A stretch of 64,000 nt of DNA from the human T2T-CHM13v2.0 reference genome, Homo sapiens, in the NCBI RefSeq assembly GCF_009914755.1, contig NC_060932.1. The stretch is one strand, 5' to 3'. The notes under the pieces are model-generated. The model was given only the letters and a program-made list of their open reading frames with translations, made no database searches and had not been told where the DNA came from. The translations under genes and the position numbers were made by a program. Shown piece after piece: positions 57,212 to 64,000 of this stretch; positions within the stretch are counted from its first letter, which is position 1; each line of letters opens with the position of its first letter.

Positions 57212-59670
57212 TACAGAGAAAGCAGCTCCCAATTACAGATATAAACTAGCCTGATATAACTTGAAAAGTATAGCAGGTTTCCCTAAAAAAAAAAAAATAA
57301 TAATTTTATCTCAGCATTTTTCCCGGAAAAAAGAAGACATCACTGCATAGTTTCCAAGTGAAATAGTTTTAAATGTCCTACATTTGGGCCGTTCACAGAG
57401 GCTAATATTTGAATCCACTTGGGAGACTCTGTCCCCAGTTCCAATGCAATCATCATGACCAGCAGGGCCTGGGAGATCTTCCAGGTCAATAATAGTTTTC
57501 ACCAACTGCATACAAGATGGACTTCAGTGATACACGGGTATGGGTCTATGTTTCCCAAGCAGTATTTACAGCACACAACCTCTCCTCGGCTATAAGTACA
57601 AGGCTAGTCCTCAGGAAGTCTATGGAAAAATCATAATATGCATTATGTCTGCATTCCCATATTTTCTCCTTTTCCTGCAGTTCCCTTCACATTTATTCTA
57701 TTCTGCATTTGACCAATAATACTGCAAAACACGTCCTGCCTTGATCACTGTGAGAAGCCTCAGCTGGGAAGGACCTGGTAAGGTCATGTTCCGTGCCCAT
57801 TAAATAAATGTTTAAGTGGCTGTTTAAGAGCAAAAAGTCAGCCTAGTGTAGTGGTGCCACAGAGACACACAGTGGTTGGAACCCAAGGACTCCAAGATGT
57901 ATTCAGCCCATCAACCTACTACGTTAACCACTAAAGTACTCACTGAGATCACTGTAATTAATAGGGAAAAATTCTCGATTGCAAAGTGCTAAGTGCAGTT
58001 AGAAGAATTAAGGCTTCCCATTTGATTTTTTCCTTTTGCCTGAAATTTTACTGCCAATATTAAATTAGCAGCGTTTTATCATCTTTGCTTTTTATATCCC
58101 AGGCCTTTGTTTCCTTAGAAACCAAACAAAAAGAGGAAAAAAGTTACTCTGCATAGAAATACATAGTTAACTGTCCATGCCTAGAATAACCAAACTACTC
58201 TTACCCCTATTTATCAACCTCTCAAAAAAAAAAAAAAAACACGAAAGTAAAGCAGAAATAAAAACAACAACACATGCTATGTGTGTGTAAAATTGTAGGA
58301 AAAGTCGTTAAGCCAAAAAGTTTGTGATATTTTATACAGCATGCTCACAAACTGAAAACAAAATTTTGATTGCTTATATATTCTGAAGTGTTTCCTGCCT
58401 ACATATCCTCAGAAGTCCCAGGAGCTTTTGTGGACACATGGAAAATTTCAAGTTGAGCCATTTTTAAGTTATCCATGAGTAAAAGCGAAAAAAAAAAAAA
58501 AAAAAAAACCACCATGGAGTGGGTGTTTGAGTTTGTCATAAAAGAGGAAAAAAGTTATTTTGCTCTTTCTTTCCTTTTCCTTGAATTACTTCACAATGGC
58601 TGAACATACTTTGCCTGAGTTTTCTCTTTTTTTCCCCCAGAAAGAAGAGAATCACCTTTGTGCTAAAGCCAAGTATAAACGTATTCAGCATGTTCTATAC
58701 AAGTGAGCACCAGGGAATTCTTAAAGCAGATCTATGTGTAACCGTAAAACTAGCATTACCAGACACAAGTCAGATCACACATCATAATGACAAATAACTG
58801 CAAGAATCAGAAAGCAAGCATGTGCTTAGTACTCATCAGCCAAAAAGAATTTGATGTATAAAATTATTTTGAATAATTATGCAAAAGGTAGATAGCCTTT
58901 ACTGAAATGCAAACGCTGCAAAACGTGGGCAACTTGGGTATTGACTCTATTTTGCTTCTTCCAGCCACGATTCTCTAAGAAATACCGCCCGCAAATTAAA
59001 AGTATCCGAGATTCTTGGCAAACGGCATCCGTGTGGTATCTACTACATTATAGCGATCGCATGCCAATAACAGCTGGGCAGAGAAGTTCTGGAATGTTTA
59101 AAGCAGAAGAGCTGAACAAGTTAAATAGAGGGTAGAAGAAAAAACTGTTTTGCAGGGAAACACCCCAGTTAGAAATTCAGTGACTGGCTTCATTTCATGA
59201 ATCTCACATAAATATCTGAGGAGACTGCTGACATCCTAAGCCAAGAAGAAAAACATGCATTTAAAGAACAAGGAGAGAAGCCAGGACATGGAATAATCAT
59301 TTCACTGGACGCCCTCCACTTCAGATACCATTGGCTCGAACTCCTATTAAGAAGGAACAGAGAAAATGGATGAGAGATACTGCCTACCCAGGAAGGGAAG
59401 AAACTTTGCTTTTATAAATAAACCTGTCATGGAGATAGGCCACACATCAGAACGGAAAGTCGGGGGGAACAGAAAGAAAAGGAGCCTGAGGTCATGGAGT
59501 CCTCCTGTCTCCTATCTGGGCTGGTACAAAAGGGAAGGGGAAACCCAATATTAGCATTGTCTGGCCGTGGCATTTTTTCCCCCTTCTCATAATATAACTT
59601 TGTGAATATGTTTAAGAGAGTGTCTGCTGTTATTGGTCTAATGAACTAACTCTGAAATCTGAGCTAAAGA

Positions 59671-59684
59671 CAGCTCCCTAGTGG
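59671..59684 (-). promoter_or_regulatory. CTCF-like motif
   Basis: The minus strand reads CCACTAGGGAGCTG, compared with the core consensus CCASYAGRKGGCRS. Confidence 0.4.
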
Positions 59685-62239
59685 CTGCTCACTGCTCCAC
59701 AGACCGAAAGGAAACTCCTTTCAGGGGCCCATCAGGGCGAACCACTGCTGACAGCTTGGAACGGCACAACACACAGATTTATTTCACAGACAGCCACAGA
59801 CAGGAATTTAGCACCCTGTGCTGGCCTCCTGCTTAGTGGAGAAGGTGTTAAAATGCAACCATGCAGAGCTCTCCGTTGAACAAAACCCAGTAGCGGCTAA
59901 TCAAGCGGTCACCCGTTCCCGGCAGAAAATACCCAGCGACGCGCAGCTGAGCACCGAGAGGAGCACAATCGTGACAGCTGCTTCTGGGCCGCCGTGCTGC
60001 AGCTTGAGAGCTGCCTCGGAAAGCTCTAAATATTTTGCATGACCTTTCAACTTACAAATTAATTGATTTATAAACAACGGCAAATGTTATTTATTTATTT
60101 ATGACATCTTGGAATGCCTTCTTCCCTCGATACGAGGGCACCGCGCTGAGGGGAACATTCCCTGATGCCTGCAGATACATCAGACCCAAAGAGCGGCTCT
60201 TTCTGTCCTTCATCACCGAGCGTTCCATGAATGGATACTTGAAAGATATTGACAAATATGGGCACCGATGTGTAGCTATTTACCTGCCTGCACTAGAAAA
60301 AGTCCATAAACATTATTATTTAAAGTGCATAAACTTTTGTTTTATATGCTTGCATATGTGTGCATACACACACACACACACACACATCTCTAAGGTAGTC
60401 TTACCTACATCTTTGCAGCAAAAGTTAATAACTCCACTGCTTCGGACTCTAAGCAATAGCTCAGCAGTTGATCAGCTTAGCACTTTATGGATAAAGGCAA
60501 ACCACATTTATCAAAGCAATTGAAATTGCATCCCAGTAACTTGGGGTTGTTCCCAAGGAAATTGCATAGAGTTGGAAATATTGTTTATATTGATTACGTT
60601 GCTAATCTTGCTCTCACTCATACATGATACGATTTCTTATTTTTAGGTTGCGTTTGTGAAACAACTAACCTGTTCTAGTAAAAGAAAGCGATAGCAGCGA
60701 CCAATCATTTTCCTTTCATATTTTCTGTGTGGGGAATATGCCTCTAGTTGCCTGGCTTTAAATTTCATTTTAAATAGCTTTAAATGCTGTCCTCACCTAT
60801 TGGATTCCCAATAAACATTTCTCTTCAGGTGGCTTTTTTTTTTTCTCCCTGCCTCAACTTTCAAGTTTGCCAATAATAAATACTAATGACCAGGTATTCC
60901 TTCGGTCTGATGCTGCAACCAGGACCATGCCACAATGTCAAAGCCAGAGAGACATCAGCTAAAATGCGGATCTGCTTCCCAGAAGGTCTTTAGTAAACTG
61001 ACACATAAGTAAACATGGGATGGTACCATTGACTAAAAGGACCCTGAGCAAGACCTGGAAATGTGTCTTTGCAAAATCAAGTCCTCATTCACTGCTACCG
61101 CTCTGTGGTGCCCCTCCCTGCTATGATTCTCCAACTGTCAGCAGTCTTAACGGAGAATAGAATTTACTTGAACTTTTTTTTTAAAAAAAAAAGCAATGTG
61201 TTATCATATTTCCAGGACACATGCACAGCCAGGAGCATGGTGACATCAATCATAAATGGATGCCCGGGCAAGCGTCCCCTCCTGGAATGCCTCCTCCTGA
61301 GTGGGTTAACCTTTTCCCACCTCACTGTGGTAACTTAACAAAGGGAGCCTTGAAAGACCCGAAGTATGAGAAAACTGAAGCAGGGAGAGAAACTTCATCA
61401 CCTTAGGAAGCCAATCCATTTGTTCCTATTCTAAGACAGAAAGAAAGAATCATGCCCTGTTTATTTTTTCACTTCTTTGCAAGCGTATCATTTCCCTAGA
61501 GTTCCTGTGTCACAGATTTTTGTTAAAGGAATGAGATTTTGTTTTTGTCCTTAAAGTCCAAAGGTGGGTTGGGGGAGAAAAAGCCACAGGTAAAACATAC
61601 GAGAGAGATTTTCTGTGGAAGGTTGCCTTTGCTTAGTATATATAAATATACATATTAAGGTTCATATCATACTAGCATAGGGAACATCGAAATAAATGTC
61701 CTTTATATGAAAATAGGGATTTTTAGGAATATTACACAAGGAAAAATGCAATCAAAAATAACTAACTTGAAATAGCTGGAGAAATATGCCTTAACCCTAA
61801 ATTGAAAATCATTTCAGTAATTCCTGATACATACTAAATTTATTTCTCTATTCTCATTCTTGCCTTCTTCTTAGAGTGGGTATCTCCTATATAAAACAGG
61901 CCCTTTCATTTATACCAAGAGCATTTGCATTCGAAAATGAAATCTATTAAGACAAAGATGAAGTGTGTGCAGAGATGGGCAGATAAGGTTCTTAGCTTTT
62001 CCACTAATGGACAGAGTTACCATTTTATGCATGTATGCATTCTCTGCCTCTAAGACATTTTCCATATTTGCGGTGTTTGCCAGATTTCAAACAGGTGATC
62101 CTAGCAAGGCACACAGACGAAGAAAATGCTATCCCTGTCTCCTTGCTCACAGCATGTGCCATGTACACTCAGCAGCCCCATACCGTTGACCTTTTCTGTG
62201 AAGCATCAAACAAAGTCTTCCATGGTGCAGGCCTTCTGT

Positions 62240-62500
62240 TATCCATTCATTAAACAAATACTCATCGATACCTACTAGGTGTTAGGCATTATTCTAGATG
62301 CCAAGGATAAACAAAGATAAAAATCCCTGCCCACCTGTAGCAGAGTAGTGGGAGTTGGTGGGGGATTGGAAATATAGACAATCAACAAGTAAATGAGTCA
62401 AATATATGGCATCCTAGTTGATGAAGAGTGTTAGGAAGAAAATTAAGTCTGGAAGGGGGTTAAGAAGTGCTGGTTTTGGGAGGAGTATCTCACTAAAGGG
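62240..62500 (-). mobile_element. L2 3' fragment
   Basis: ATTCATTAAACAAATACTCATCGATACCTACTAGGTGTTAGGCATTATTCTAGATGCCAAGGATA...AAAATCCCTGCCC. Confidence 0.85.
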
Positions 62501-64000
62501 ACATTAAAATCCAAAGGACGTCTGACCCCAAACTTCACACTGAAATATACAGTTCCAGTTAATAGATGTGAATTAACTGATGACGATGACGTCCCCATTA
62601 GTTTTTATCACTTCCATCACAGCCAGGGGCAAAACAGCTCTATTTCTTCCCATATTCCTTTAAGAGACTAGATCACACCTTGCCACACTCTTTCCTCCTG
62701 CTTCTCCCACTGACACTGCCCTCGTGAGTTCCTGTGGTCTTCCCAGTGGCTCCATCATCCCTTTAACTAATACTTGCTGGGTGCCTGCTCTAAGTGGAGT
62801 GCATTGAAGAAGGAATATCAAGGCAGTGTGGAAGCACTTCTGCTATATCAGGCGGTTCTAATCATCTGTCTTTTCCCTCCATCCTGCAAAACTCTCTTCT
62901 CTCCTTAATTAAGGCAGAAACATTCAGAGCATCCCAACTCAGTACTTGGAATTTTTCATTTCAGGTACCCCCAAATAGCAAATTGAGGTGCTCCAGTTAT
63001 AACAATGTGGATTTCCTGGCTTTCTGATCCACACTACTCTCAAATCACATTTCCACCCACTATTAAAAAAAAGAAAATCAAGGCAAGACACAACAAGATG
63101 ACTCCATGCAATCTTGTATCACAGGTAAAAGAAAACCTTGTCGATATGAAATCAGACAGTGTAAAATTCTCTCCCTGAGGAATCTGGCATTATTACATCC
63201 CCCACCAATCATGGCATTGTTTCTCCAACAACTGTATCAGAGGCAGCATCCGGATATTGCTATAACACCTTCCCAAACCATCAGGCTCTTTCCTTCAAAC
63301 CATGGAAGTCAGACACCACTACAGACAATACTGGGCCCACCAAAACCCAAGCTCTTCCAAAAGAGTCCAAAGCCCTCGTCTGTTTCCAACAATTATCAAC
63401 TCTCAAAATTCCAGGACTTTTGTATTAGGTGAAATGAAATTTGACTTCTACATTTATGAATAACCTATACCTACATGAGAAAACTCTATGAATTTGATAA
63501 GGCATATATGGAGAAATAATATATACACATTATAATATATAATATTAATGAATGGCATATATTTTAAATCTTAACTTATCAAAGATTCACTCTGGACACT
63601 CCACTTAATAACAGGCAACAATTCCCTCCTGCTTATATTATAAATATAGGCATTGTTCCAAGTATCCAGGATATGATAAAGAGATACGCCAATGGATCTC
63701 ACAAAGCTTCTGCCCTCTGACTTTTATTATTAGTAGTAGTATTAGTATTAGTATTATTTTGGTGGAGACTTTTTGGTTTTGTTTCTTCAGGTACTCCCAA
63801 GGTGGGTAAAAATTACAAAATCAAAGTTAAGTTTAAATACAAATACTGGCTGAATGTGAATTTGCCTTTTCTTTCCTCCTTTGCACTATTAGGAAGAAAG
63901 CATTTATTTCTCTTTCAGAAACACAAGAATACTGAAAAGTTGACTTTGAGGGTTTCGATTTTGCTTAACATTTTCTCTTTGTCCTTGCCACTGATCACCC

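Overview
Primate (human-like) non-coding genomic DNA, probably intronic. It contains about 23 Alu copies or fragments (J- and S-type), plus MIR, L2 and old L1 pieces, the DNA-transposon relics MER47A and a MER81/MER94-like element, several microsatellites, and an ~800 bp AT-only tract. I found no protein-coding gene that I can support: the ORF track consists of Alu/L1-derived, low-complexity or chance ORFs, and I cannot name the host locus. CpG-enriched, repeat-poor patches (~3.2-4.2, 20.3-21.3, 27.0-28.5, 32.0-33.7 and 58.9-60.3 kb) look regulatory, and a few short candidate exons have canonical splice signals. I do not see a new multi-gene system. The best-supported oddities are structural. 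One is a perfect 33-bp-stem hairpin at 30348-30425. There are four local templated-duplication scars, one of which preserves the empty pre-Alu site. The others are a head-to-head fused Alu pair, long perfect palindromes inside the AT tract, and an interrupted (CAGG/CGGG)24 repeat. Repeat subfamily calls were made by eye from remembered consensus features, and boundaries are approximate unless exact sequence is quoted.
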